Assembly (NCBI RefSeq): GCF_006345805.1
Contig: NW_021832228.1
Span: 124,001-188,000, forward strand
DNA from: Octopus sinensis
Taxonomy: Eukaryota
Direction of reading: 5' to 3'
Length of the DNA: 64,000 nucleotides
This document shows, one piece after another, positions 38,373 to 50,899 of this stretch (within the stretch, counting starts at the first letter, position 1; every line of letters begins with the position of its first letter). Below the pieces are notes generated by a model. It saw only the letters and a list, made by a program, of their open reading frames with translations, was not told where the DNA came from and made no database searches. The position numbers and the translations under genes were made by a program.

Positions 38373-39108
38373 TCATCGAAAGTTTTTTTCTTTTGATCTA
38401 TGTGGCAGTAGCCGGTGAGCTCCCCCACATATAAAGGAACGGCTGGAATGTAGCATTCATCAAGCAAGGCAATATCACTGTTCAAATGTTCATCATAAAG
38501 GTGATCGTCCCCGCCAAAATAGAATTCTGCATGTTCTTCCGCATGCTTCTCTTGCTGTGAGATTCCAAGCCATGAGCAGAAATTTTGACAAGCCATTTTA
38601 CACCTTTTAAATTGATCGGGTGGGACACTGGGAAAGTTCACATTTAATATTGACTCTTCAGGTATGGGATGGTCTCAAAGGTAGTGAATGCTTTTTAAAA
38701 TTTAAGGTTGCACATGAGGGAAGTTTTGTGTTTTATCACACATATAAGAAAAAAATACCTTGAATACCGCTCATTATTGCTTCAGTAATTGTTTCAACAG
38801 TTCCATCATATAAAACGTTGCGTCCTGCGTTAAATCCAAGCTTGATGCTGATATAACGAAATCGGGATATTCTTTAAGCAAACGATGAAGCACAAATTTA
38901 ACAAAGTCCACAGGTTTCCCATCAATCATGTACAAGTATTGGTGTAAAAATCAACGGACTTTGTTTGAAGAGGGGAATCAGACGTTATACAAACGCCCGC
39001 ACCTGATTGTTCAGACAAGAAAGGAGCAACTGCAAGGTTGCATATTTCAAAAAGCATTTTAGAGTGAATTCCATTGTTATTTGTAAGTAAAAAATAGGTT
39101 TTTACATG
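38354..39108 (-). pseudogene. surE: Bacterial-type 5'/3'-nucleotidase SurE, frameshifted and intronless
   Basis: Across frames: FLLTNNNGIH (LLTNDDGI), VAP..EQSGAG..IT, IDGKPVDFVK, PDFVIS, GFNAGRNVLYDGTV, HPIPEESILNVNFP, SDIALLDECYIPAVPL. Confidence 0.8.
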
Positions 39109-39959
39109 ATGACAGTGTGATATTGTACAGAACCATAGAACCAACTCAGACTGCCAGGCATTCCAATAAAAATCCAGGAATGATTGGCGAAACTGTGCTA
39201 TTAAATAGAGGACAAGACGGTTTTGGCATTAGTAGTCGGAACCTCCTTTGACTCGATCAGGAATCTTCATACATAAGTTACTTAGTTTGTATTATCATTC
39301 ATTACGTATTTTTTATTATCATTTCTGATAACCTCAGATAGTTTACGCCGATTTTAATCAACTTCCATATGATAACAACAGTATACGGCGGCGGTTGGCT
39401 GAACAAAGTAAATATTTCCGACCTTTTTTATAATTTACAATTGAGACCTTTACGTATGCAATTAAATTATACACATCGTAATAGTATGACTTGATGCTTA
39501 AAAACAATTATTCAATAAACGCATGTGAAACAGATTTTGACAAAATATTTTTAACGAATTTTCAACTAGATTTAATGAAATAGATAACTACGTGTTATAT
39601 ATGTCCAAAATTCTTCATTTCGTTGCTAAATATTTTGATGGTTTGATCATCGTCCAGGAAAATAACCGCCACTGTGGGTGCAAAGTCAAGCTTTGTATAA
39701 GCGATAAGGAATTTCTGTGCTGGAGAGCTAATATCTACGATCAGAAAACTAGAATTCTTTTTTCATTCATGCGAGCTTTGTCAACAATCATAAGATTTAC
39801 TTTTCCACAAAAAAGGAGCTTAATGAAACTGTTCATTTACTGATAAAAAAAAGTTTGATTTTTAAAAGTTGATTTGATTCTTTATTTAATATCTATGAAT
39901 TTATAGAAATTCAGAATGGAGCAAATTTTAGATTCATATCTTAGAATATTTAGATTCAT

Positions 39960-40748
39960 ACCTATCCGACATTCCTAACCCTAAAATGGAAGACTCGATC
40001 ATTCTCGCCTACGCAGAAGACCTACTCATTGGATCAAGTGATCAAGACCTCTTGAAAGCTTCCAAAAGAGCACAAGATCTCTTATTTCAAATTCGTCCAC
40101 TACCCTATTTACGTCAGACAAAAGACTCGGAAGACTCACTATTGATCTCTTTCTGGACAACGAAAAGATCCCATTCACGAAGAACCCTAATATCCTTGGA
40201 ATCACTTTTGACACCCACAAGAACAAATGTATGGAAACAATTACTGCCAATTTAGAGAAGGCCATCGGATCCAGTCAGAGAAAGATTGGGCTAATCAAAT
40301 CAATATTTGGCGGACTAAAGAAACCGTTCCCGGCTCTCAGCCTCTCTACAAACAATTCATCAAACCGACATAAGAAAATAATCTCTCACGGTCAAACCGC
40401 CTTAAAATTGAGACTACACTATGCCGAGTCGCGGGTAGCATAATGAAAATTTTCAATTTGAACAATATTATTCCAAGTCTGCTTGACCACCTAATTAAGA
40501 AAGATGGAAAGAGCTTCTTGGCCATTCAATAAGACCAACTGTCATAAGACCATCATATGTCAATTAGCAAACAGAAGCACATCACCCCAATCCAATTCCT
40601 TACAAAAACTGTCACCGTCCGTTCCCCACTTGCGTTGGGTCCAGAGTTCAAAATCGGGAAAAGCTGGGAAAAATCTTCAGGATCGTTGGAATCACCTAAT
40701 TAATTACTCTAATTAACGGTTGGTGTTTCTTGGGTTAAATAAAAAAAT
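39960..40748 (+). mobile_element. Degraded Jockey/I-like LINE 3' RT fragment
   Basis: LAYAEDL, NPNILGITFD; ends ..RIVGIT* followed by an A tail; related to 51213-52000. Confidence 0.65.
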
Positions 40749-40769
40749 GTTTAGAATCACTCAAATAGA

Positions 40770-41160
40770 TAGTTAAATTGCGGTTGGCAACTACTTCAGA
40801 AGGCTCTGCGGCAAAGTCGCTGCCAGAAGGGTTGCAATGAGAATCGGGATCGAGGTCTCACCCACGCAAGTCGGTGTTAGTGTACGTGGCGGCTTGTCCA
40901 TGGGCAAACGTGTCACTACTGATTTCATCGCTGTGAAGCTGGATGTCACCAACGCTTTCAAAAACGTGCGCCGCGATGCTATTTTGGAAAGATGTTCTCA
41001 AAGAGCACCGGAAATAATCCATCTTGTTCGGAGAGCAGTCTCGTATATGGGAATGAGATCATCCGTTCGCAGACTGACGTGCCACAGGGTGACTTCTCTC
41101 TGCGATAACAATCGATGAGGCAGCTCGACTTGCTGTCTCTCCTTTCAATCTTCGGTAATG
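40770..41160 (+). mobile_element. CRE-like RT fragment
   Basis: IAVGNYFRRL, QVGVSV, KLDVTNAF. Confidence 0.75.
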
Positions 41161-41289
41161 AAAAAATAATTAAATTCTATTGTTTATACGTCGAGATTTA
41201 TACATTGACTAAAATTGTAGATTAGCCATTATATTGTAAAATATGCGATATTTGTGTAACATTCCATAAAAATGGTTTGTAGAAAAACA

Positions 41290-42372
41290 CAAATTGACGC
41301 AAAAACATAAATCGCATATGAACGAGCCTAAAAAGAGCATTCAAAGGTTTTTTCCCACTACTGTTGTTACTAATGATTTTTCGCTCAATCTAACTAAAGC
41401 ATTTGTTTCAGCAAATATTCCATTATATAAATTACGGAATCCTGCCTTAATAATTTTTACCTTCAGAATCAAAATGTCGAAACAATGTCAAAATTTTGGC
41501 AGAAAGACGTGTTAGTGAGATTATCCAATTGTTAATTAATGAAAGGATTTTCTTAATTGTTGATGAGTCTGATGCCGGTAAAGATAAATTTGTCAATATT
41601 CTTATTGATACACAATTGTGGTTTAAGGATAAAACTAAGTTACCCTACAGTGGATAACTTAATTGCCTCCATTACAGGACTTGTTTCCAAAAATAATAGT
41701 CGAAGGCAACTATTTTCTGAAATAGGACTACCTCCAGAACCTATTGTTACTAGATGGGGAAGCTGGCTTCGAGCAACCAAGTACTACGTGGAACATTTTC
41801 CCAGAGTGTTGGAAATATGCAATTCGTAAAAAGGAGAATCCCTATTGATTCGGAGGGCAAAATAATCAATAAACCATGAAGGACTTGTTAATCATTTAAA
41901 AGAAATATGGAATCAGTATTCTCCACTTGCAGATGTTCTTCCTGAAATTGAGTCCACAAACTTTTCAATCGAGAAGGCTATCAATTTTTTGAAAATACTC
42001 GATCTGAAAGAAGATACCTGCGAAATAAAAGAATATATTGATAAAAGAATGAATAAGAATGAAATTATGAAAATTGTTAACGGAGAAGAAAATTTTTCGC
42101 CTATGGAAAAGTTGCGACTACTCCAATGTCAGGCAACTACATGTTCTGTGGAGCGTTCATTTTCAATTCTCCATAAAATTTAGGCAAAAGATCGGAATTT
42201 TAAACCGGAGAACCTTAAATTTTATATGATTCTTTATAACTCCTGATTTAAAAAAAATTCTCGGCTCTTTTTAGGTCAACTTTTTGGTCAACTTTCGTTT
42301 TTTGTGGTTCAATTTAGATGACTTTTAGAGGTCAATTTTTGATATTTTTGGGTCAACTTTGTGGTTGCCCTA
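41290..42372 (+). mobile_element. CGGBP1-like / hAT-related transposase remnant
   Basis: AFVSANIPLYKL, IVDESD, PPEPIVTRWGSWL, TTCSVERSFS; GGTCAAC subterminal repeats; ends TTGCCCTA. Confidence 0.78.
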
Positions 42373-42993
42373 TTTACAACCTACAAAAAACTACGATAGA
42401 TTGTAAATCAAAACTTCCAGAATATCCTTTTAAAAATATTATTGAACTTTTAACCTTTTAATGCTCAGTGATTTGTTTTTCTTTAAATAATAATTTTAAT
42501 AAAATATAGTTTCTAAATATCTTTAAGAATTTATAGAATTTCCAATTTACACGTTTTTTGAGTAACTCTTAATTTTTCCTACAAGATCCTCCCTGTCACA
42601 AAATTCAGCAGCGGATTCAACTAGGAGTTGAGACTCCGGGCACTTTTTGGATTAACATTATTGTCCCGGTGATGTTCTTTGTTAAAGCATCCTATTTTAA
42701 TCGTAAAATATAATTTGTTGATATTCAGTGGAAGAAATATTTTTTATTGACTATGATGAAAAATTCATAATCCAATCATTATTCAGGAGGAACAAGAGAA
42801 GCGTTGCACAATATTTTGCGACAAAAAAGACATTTGGCTTTCGATAAAAGCTTTTCACCAAACTTTGAAAATCCCTATAACAGATATTCGCCCAAGTATT
42901 TTCGTTTCTGTATTATTAATTGTAATTTTTTATACTTTCTTTAGAGTTATTTCGATTAAACGTTTTGATATTCATTAATTCAGATATAATAAA

Positions 42994-43675
42994 TGTCACC
43001 GTCTTGAAGGGACCCCCAGGGTTGAACGGAAAATTAAGAATTAAAAAGGCAAAAGTAAATGGCAGGCATAAATTATATGTAAAAAATAGTATTTTAATTA
43101 TTTTTATAATAATTCTAATGTTTAATTTATTATTTTAGAATGGCTTGTCTAAAATTTTATTTTTACATATCAAATTATGACATGCAATGCGACATTGTGA
43201 CCTTACTCATGAGGGTTAGGGGTAGGGTAGGGTTAGGGTAGGGTTAGGGGCAGGATTAGGGGCAGGATTAGGGGCAGGATTAGGGCTAGGTTTAGGGTAG
43301 GGTTAGGGTCAGGATTAGGGTTAGGTTTAGGGTAGGGTTAGGATTAGGGTTAGGCAACATCTATGAAGTGGTGGAAATGGGTATAAGTGGGTTTACGATT
43401 GGTTACTTTACTTTGTTTTTAACTATATATAATTGGCTTTGTAAATTGTAATGACATTCATTTGAAATATTTATTATATTATTTATAATTAGTCTATTTA
43501 TTTTTCTGAAATTAAGGCAGTACTAATGTAATCATAATTTTACTAATATAGAAATATTTTGAGGTCATGCAAGTATCTCTGGAATCCTCTTTTGGGTATT
43601 TCAATTATTAAGTGTATGAAATATCTAATTAGGGTAGGGTCCCTTCAAACTTGGGGTCGTTCGATGCCTGTGACA
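42994..43675. mobile_element. Non-autonomous TGTCAC-terminated MITE with internal TTAGGG-like array
   Basis: Left TGTCAC..TTGAAGGGACCC and right GGGTCCCTTCAA..GTGACA; 5-bp TSD ATAAA (42989-42993, 43676-43680). Confidence 0.8.
43212..43355 (+). repeat. Degenerate telomere-like (TTAGGG/TAGGG/CAGGA)n array
   Basis: About 140 bp GGGTTAGGGGTAGGGTAGGGTTAGGG... Confidence 0.92.
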
Positions 43676-43779
43676 ATAAATATACTAAACAAATTCTAAA
43701 AAATAACTATTTTCCGTTTTTTAATAATAGAAAATCAAATTGAAATCAAAAAAATCAAAAAATAATTCACATTTTTTTA

Positions 43780-44703
43780 ATCAAATCCTCCTCCAATTGT
43801 GACACATCAGAACCGTCACTACAAACGGTACCAAACTCGACAGAATCTCCTAAAAAATCTTAAAAAGATTATAACCAATAACTGTCTGTGTATCAGTTCC
43901 TTTAGTCATATTATTATAATATTCTCTAAATACTATAAAGTTCAGAATCAAACTTAAAATATAATTCCCTCAAATCATCAAAACGTCCCAGCAACTCATC
44001 AAAACCAATCCCAATAGTAGATGAAACACAAACTGTCTGAAACAAAACAATCTTTAAAAATACCTCAATCGTCTCATAAAAATGATCAAGAACCGAATCA
44101 AGTAGCCTAATGTCGTTAGATGCATGTGATGGATATTGGTCAAGAGCTTCCCAGTAAACATCAGGGTTTCTTATCCACTCCAAGACGACTCCAGTGCCAT
44201 CCAAATCACACTGAAATTCATCAATATGTTTAGACCTTATTTAAACAAAGTAATAACGGCAAATTATATTTACCAATCATTGAACTGGTTTGGATTACTT
44301 ATTTTTTCCTTTTTTGGATTCGATCAGTCGAATAACTTGGTCGAATCGAGTGGCATATAGATTAAGAGAACAGAAAATTGCTCCATTTGAACCAGGATTG
44401 TAGTCCTTCCTTACTTTTGTATACGAGATGTTATCTCGTATATCTAAAGGAGTGATTATTATTATCATACCAATATTTGGGATGTATGGAAGATTGACTA
44501 ATGTTGGATCGAAATTTATAACGAATGGTGATGTTCCCGCAATTTTAAGTTTAGAATTTAACATCTACTCAATAATGGTTTTGAAAAACGTTTATAAATG
44601 TTGTTTTCCCTGACCCTGCCATTCCAAGGACTAGAATTACTGTGGGTAAATCTTCTGGTTGTTTTAAAGCTGGGGAAATTGATTTTTGCTTAGATTCTGG
44701 CAT
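43780..44703 (-). pseudogene. GPN1: GPN-loop GTPase 1, internally deleted
   Basis: VILVLGMAGSGKTTF, PFVINFDP, DIRD, NPGSNGAIFCSLNLYATRFDQV, LCLNK/CD, VCVSSTIGIGFDE; DTPGQ segment not found; micro-introns. Confidence 0.85.
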
Positions 44704-45299
44704 TATGACTAGTATTAAAAACACAACAAATGACAGCGTTAAAATTTATTCTATTTTATTTATATTAATATAATTATATTAAAATATTCTATTTATATTA
44801 AACAATTTTAATATAAAATTTTACTTTTTTTAATTTTATTTAATATTCCAAAACTTTTTTTCCAATTCTTGAAGGACTTATCGTTGGATAATTTTTATAA
44901 TTACTTAAAAATTATCTATTGGCGTATAGGTTAATAATTAAAAATAAAATAAGCTTAAGATTCTTTATTCAATCAGGTTTGTTATTACCTCACCCAATAC
45001 ACATGTCACTTGCTGAAATAAAGGTTTCCCCTGCATTCAGTTGATTTTGTGAACATTAGATTTTATTCAGCGCAAGAGAGGACTCGAGATTTGAGAGAAG
45101 ATCGTGCCAGGGCAGGCAGCGAGAGATACAGAGGAGCTTAGACGTGTGAATTCAGCCTTTAGGGAAAAATGTATTGTGAAGGATGAGGAAAAGAAATCTG
45201 AGTATGATTTTTTGAAATTTAATATCTTTGCTGACCCATATTTTCGTAAAAATTAGAACAGAAAAATTTGATTAAATCTTTTAGTTAAAAATTATCCTG

Positions 45300-46165
45300 A
45301 GTTAGAAAACTACATTACTCAAAAATCGGATAGTATATTTTAATGCCTATTCCTGCTGCGTTTTCATGCTCTCTTGATAATCTTGAATATCCACTCTCCC
45401 CCACCATGAAGTCCCCCAACTATTAGACTGGAAGAATATTTAGTACCTCTTTTTGATCAGCCAATATTTTAGTGTATTTTCAACTCCATAACCAACTAAA
45501 AGTGCCAAATGTATCATATTCTTTGGATCGTATTTATTAATTTTTAATATTCTTGCGGAGTTTTAAAAATATTACCTTTTGTATAGAACATAAAAGCAAA
45601 TGAAGTGGGATCTAAATTGACAGTCACTGGGCCAATTTCTGTAACTATTTTTTAAAGTTGGTAATTTGTTAAATTTTTCATGCTAACGTATCCTTTGTCT
45701 TTCAATCTTAATTTGTTATAGTGAAATCTACACTTGACTGTCTACAAACGTATTAAACAAACCGAACCCTCCCCTCATAAGGATACTCTTCTTGAGTGTC
45801 GAGACCTCCAACTGTAAGAATATATTGAATAATGTTTTCAAACATTCCCCCCAGCAGCCGAAATTTTTAAACGGGAATGTGCAGTCGATAACATTTTGTT
45901 CACTGAAAGCAACCAGCTTGTTAAACTTTAATGCATATTGGCTTTCTAAACTCGCAACCTAAAAATAAACTAAACCGTCCCAAAAGCATAACAAGATCCG
46001 CATTTAAATTGGTCCCTAACAGGAGTTACTACATTTTGTTGAGTCCAATTTAAATATTCAGGAAGATCGTAAATATTGTCCAATTTATCAAAAACGAAAT
46101 TTTGAGAATTATTTTGAATAAATTTATAGTCAGATGAGTTTTGTATCTTGATTAGAATTCTCAAT
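45300..46165 (-). pseudogene. Papain-family (cathepsin L-like) cysteine protease, frameshifted
   Basis: LPEYLNW..VTPVRDQFKCGSCYAF, FSEQNVIDC, GCWG, YPYEG, GPVTV, HLALLVGYG, YWLIK, WGESGY. Confidence 0.88.
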
Positions 46166-46216
46166 GATAGAGAAAAATTATTTAGCCAAATTAATATTAC
46201 ATTCTAAAAAAGTTTT

Positions 46217-49200
46217 GCACGTTGTTGCTGTTGTTGTTCATTTCATTCTCTCTTTCAATTTTTTGTTCTTTGTTTTCTTTCTCTTTTCACTTCTTTTCAA
46301 TCTTTTTTCGTTCTATCTAACCCACTCTCTTTCATCTCATTCTTTCTTTCCTATCTCATCTTACTTTATATCTCTCTATCCCCATGTCATTTTGTTTTTC
46401 TTGTAAATCTGTTAATTCTCGCAAAACTGGTCGCTCCTGCGCCTCTTGCAGTCAGTTTTTCCACCTCTCGTGTGTTAAACTCACTAAACGTGATTCGGCG
46501 TCAATCCTTTCTTGGAAGTGCCCCTCATGCCTCCCACACACGTGGATCCCTAAGCCTTCTCCCCACCCGGCGCCCATCCCGCCTGACAAGTTTCTGTCGC
46601 TTCTTTCCGAATCCCGAAGCCTCCGCGTAATCCCTGCAAGAATTCCCAAATCTGCGCGAATCTGCGTTGCTGATACGCTATCCGACATAATCGATCAGTC
46701 CCTTAAAAGCAATCTTCCAGAAACTTGGTGCAAACTATTTTCGTTTCCTTCTGTTTGTCTGGGAGCTGCCCCTCGTAAAACGGAGTCAGTAAATAGGACA
46801 TCGGCCGCTCAGCAGATTAAAGACCGCTGCAGTTCGTTCATAAAGGCACCCTTCGACTTATCATGGATCACGCCAGATCGCCCCTCGACCGCGAAATCTC
46901 GCGGGCCTCTTAAACAAGACGAAGGGGTACGCTTAGCCCGGTCAGTTAACAGCAAACTAATGCAGGGAGATGTCTCTGCTGCTGTTCATTTTATTTCATC
47001 CACGGCATCCATTGCCCCGCATACTGATTCCGTTCTGAATTCACTCCAGTTGAAACATCCTCCCGCTCCACCTGATATCCGTGAACCCCCTCACATAGCC
47101 AAAACCGAACGAATTGTTTCCTCCAGTGACGTGTTAGCCTGCCTTGGATCATTTCCACCGAGCAGTAGCGGGGGAGTAGATGGCCTAAAGCCGATACACC
47201 TAAAGGATCTTGTCGCGCCCATGACAGGGGAATCTGGTGCACGCCTCCTGTCCTCGATTGCATCCTTGTGCAGCAGAATTGTCTCTGGAAATATCCCATC
47301 TTTTGCACGCGATTTACTGTTCTCGGCCAAACTGACGGCACTTAATAAAAGTGATGGGGGCATCAGACCCATCGCTGTGGGAAACACATTCAGGAGTCTC
47401 TCTGCAAAAATTATCCTCAGTGTTGTCCTCCCTGATTTGAGCTCTCAGCTGCTGCCACATCAGTTCGGTGTCGGTGTTCGCGGTGCTTGTGAGGCTTCTG
47501 CCCATGGGGTGAGGGAGTTGGTCATCAATGGCAATCCAAAAATCCCATATCTTGTTAAGCTGGACGTGCGCAACGCTTTTAACAGTGTTCGCAGAGACCA
47601 CATCCTGGAAGTTGTGCACACCCGCTGCCCGGCACTCTACCCAATTGTCCATCTATCTTATGCGCGTTCCTCGAATCTCCTTTTTGGAAAAAATCTGTTG
47701 TCCTCAGCGTCTGGGGTTCAGCAAGGGGACCCATTGGGACCTCTCCTATTTGCCCTCGCAGTGGACCTTATTGCTCAAAGGCTTTTGTGCCCGTTAAATT
47801 TCTGGTATCTCGACGATGTCACCTTAGGTGGCTCGCTTGAAAATATTCATAACGACGTTGCTGATATTATTTCGGGTTTTAGCCAAATTGGCTTATCCCT
47901 TAATGGCTCCAAGTCGGAATTTACCCTGCTTTCCCTCGATCATTCTTTATTTTATCCTGCCTTCACGTCCCTGTCCGAGAAAGTTGTCGGTCTCTCTGCG
48001 ACAGACCCGGACGATCTGGTCATCCTTGGTTCACCAATCTCTGGTCGAGGTATTTCCGCCGCCATTGAGCGTAAAAAACGCCAGCTGGCTCAAACACTGG
48101 AGCGTATCTCCCAACTGGGCGCACATGTCGGGCTATTCCTTATAAAGAATTACCTATTCATCCCCCGCCTAACCTACCTATTCCCTCGTCTCCATGCTTT
48201 CGGGAACCAGACCTCTTGTCCGACCTGGACTCCGTAATCTGGAAGTCAGTTGGGAAGCTTCTTAATGTTGACTTTGGCGGGGACCTACTTACCCGCGCAA
48301 TGTTACCCCTCCGTTTCGGAGGCATCGGTATCCGCTCGTGCAAAGACATTTCTATCCCATGCTACCTATCTTCGCTCTCGGTATCAAGAAATTTTGTCAG
48401 TTCTGTTCTTTTTCGCTCCCCTGAACGTTTTGAACTGACTGAATTTTCTTCTGCCCTCGCTGCCTGGACCGCCTCAGGTCTTTCCTTCCCCGTGGAGGAT
48501 CACTTGCAGAGGAGTTGGGACTCCATCCGCTGCAAAGAAGTGGTAAAGTCCCTTAAAGGAAGCGCCGATCAAGTTAAACTCGCATCGTTGAATGCAGCCT
48601 GTCACCCGCATTCTGGAGACTGGTTGAAAGCCATCCCTCTGTCCACCGCTGGTCTCCTCTTGGATGATGAATCGACTCGAATCGGGACCTGTCTTCGTCT
48701 GGGAATTCCCCTTTGCCACCCTCACCGGTGCAAGTGCGGCCACATGATTGGCCCCGATGGTCTCCACCCCCTTTCGTGCCGCTTAAGCACCGGGCGTATC
48801 CCGAGACACGCTGGCCTGAACCACGTCGTCAAACAGGCCCTCAATGCCGCAGGCTTCCTTTCTGTTCTGGAGCCTGCCGGCCTCGACCGTGGCGACGGCA
48901 AGCGTCCAGACGGAATGACAGTCTTTCCATTCTCGGAGGGGAAATGTCTCGTTTGGGACGTTACCTGCGCGGACACCTTTGCCCCCGGGACCGTTGCTCA
49001 GTCTGCGTCCTCCCCCGGCTTCGCTTCCCGTCGGGCTGAGGAGACGAAGCGGAAGAAATACGCCTCTCTCTCACCAAATTACCACTTTGTCCCGATTGCT
49101 GTGGAGACAAGTGGGGTGATAGGGACGGGCGGAGTATCGTTTTGTCCGAAATTAGGAAGCGCATCAACAAGGGCACGAAGGACCACCGCGAAATCAGCTG

Positions 49201-49330
49201 GCTGTACCAGAGGATATCGATCGCAATCTTGCGAGGTAACCCGCTTGCAATCCGAGGTGCAGCCACTGCTGACTCTTAATTAGCTATTTTGGTTAAGTTT
49301 TTTTTCGATTGATTATTTCCATTAAAATTT
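46217..49330 (+). mobile_element. Near full-length CRE-like non-LTR retrotransposon (PHD + RT + CCHC + RLE), two frameshifts
   Basis: N-terminal C4HC3 PHD (CFSC..CASC..FHLSC..WKCPSC); IRPIAVG, KLDVRNAFN, GVQQGDPLGP, WYLDD; CKCG..HPLSC, RH, KRPDG, WDVT, E..K..KY; pyrimidine-rich 5' UTR. Confidence 0.92.
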
Positions 49331-49529
49331 ACAACTATTATTAAAAAATTAATTTAATAAACTAATTTGCCTGCTGTTAATTTTTATACTTAATTATGAA
49401 AAGAGAAAACGTGTTGTCAATTTGATCAGTGTAAACTCGGAAAGATGAAATAATCGACTGTTTTTGATTGAGGTTAATAACGGTTCTCAAATTTGCAAAA
49501 TGTCTTTTTTACTCTTTTCAAACTCTTTT

Positions 49530-50280
49530 TACGTTGGGTATCTTCAACGTTAAAGGATTAAAGTCGTCGGTGAAAAGGAGGTCACTTTGCCAGGATGACT
49601 ATCTGCTCCCTGCAATGTCAAAGAAGGACTAAACGAACAAAATGCTTACCATGACTTCATGTTGCTTCCCCGTGGATATCAGACTATGGTAATATATCAA
49701 AAGAATATTGAAAATGAATTACAGATTTGGATCTAACTCCACAATTTTACATTTATATATACCTACATCTCAAAAAGCATCTAAAAACCCAAGGCAATTG
49801 GATTACTCCTACAGTTCACTATTTACAACCCTTATGGAAATATCCCTATTTATTTTAGATAGATTTGAATGCGAAGGTTGGAAAAGAAGCCTGAGAATCA
49901 AACTTCACGGGTACCCACGGAAGAAGAAGGAGAAACATGCCTGCAACAACCATGGCCAGCATTCACTTGCAACACGGAATTTCGGCACGTTGCATGGCAT
50001 ATCACGACTTGGACGGGAGAATTTCGGAGTCGGAAAGACATGTAATCAAAATATATAATCAAATTGACTACTTTCTGTTTCGATTAAGACTGGTTAGATT
50101 TGAATTGGATATCACTCCGACAAAAACCCAGAAAGCTGTGAAAAAGTATAAAACCTCCCATATAACCACTCAAAATAGTTCAAAAAAATTTCAACGCCTA
50201 CGAAACCCTAATCAACCCCGATAAACGTGATTTATACGACAAGTACGGGAAGAGATGGAGAAAGACATCAAAAGGTCATA
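49530..50280 (+). mobile_element. Degraded RTE endonuclease fragment
   Basis: IFNVKG, IYNQIDY remnants. Confidence 0.6.
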
Positions 50281-50634
50281 CATCGGGATTTCATGATTGT
50301 ATGCATTGAATTGAATATAATGCTTTCAATGAATGAATTCTCTGAAAAATTATTAGAACGTTACGGTTCACATTTGTCAACCGAAAACATACGTTAACAT
50401 ATACACAGTATGCTTTACAAAGTGACACTGTCGAATGGAAGTTTAGAGAGTCAATTGTCCAGAGATTAAATTACAAAGAGCTGAATTTGGGAGAGCATGG
50501 GAGCGGGAGCTTTGTGCTCGTTCAATTGCAGCCAAAAGATCGTGACAACGATCAGATGGGGAGATTGTTGAGGGTCTTTTAGTTACTGTAATCACAGCAT
50601 CCAAACAACACCACGTGAAGGTGACCCACATCGT

Positions 50635-50864
50635 CGAACCGGGTCCAGCTTGCTCAGATTCGCACGGGACATCATCCACTGATTTTCGAAACATACCGTT
50701 CCTTCACCCCCGAAGACCTCTTCCCCTGTCCTGGACCGCCTCACTTGTCTCCGCCTATTGGGATTCGGGATCTCTGGGAGCGCCCGATCTTCGCGTCTCG
50801 CTACCTGATTGCAGCCGGCTTCCTACGTGTTAGTGAAGCCGGGGTAACATAACTAACTAACTAA
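50635..50864 (+). mobile_element. I/Jockey-like LINE 3' end with (AACT)n tail
   Basis: RVQLAQIRTGHHP..DLWERP..YL..GFL followed by AACTAACTAACTAA. Confidence 0.65.
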
Positions 50865-50899
50865 TTTGGGAGAAAACTTCTTGAATATCAAGGAGAGTT

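Noticed and set aside
39125-39245. Extension of the bacterial insert upstream of surE
   Set aside because: The plus strand reads ETVLLNRGQDGFGIS, more like a host PDZ-domain start; too short to annotate
43212-43355. True telomere or chromosome-fusion site
   Set aside because: Degenerate, single orientation, internal, and enclosed by TIRs and a TSD
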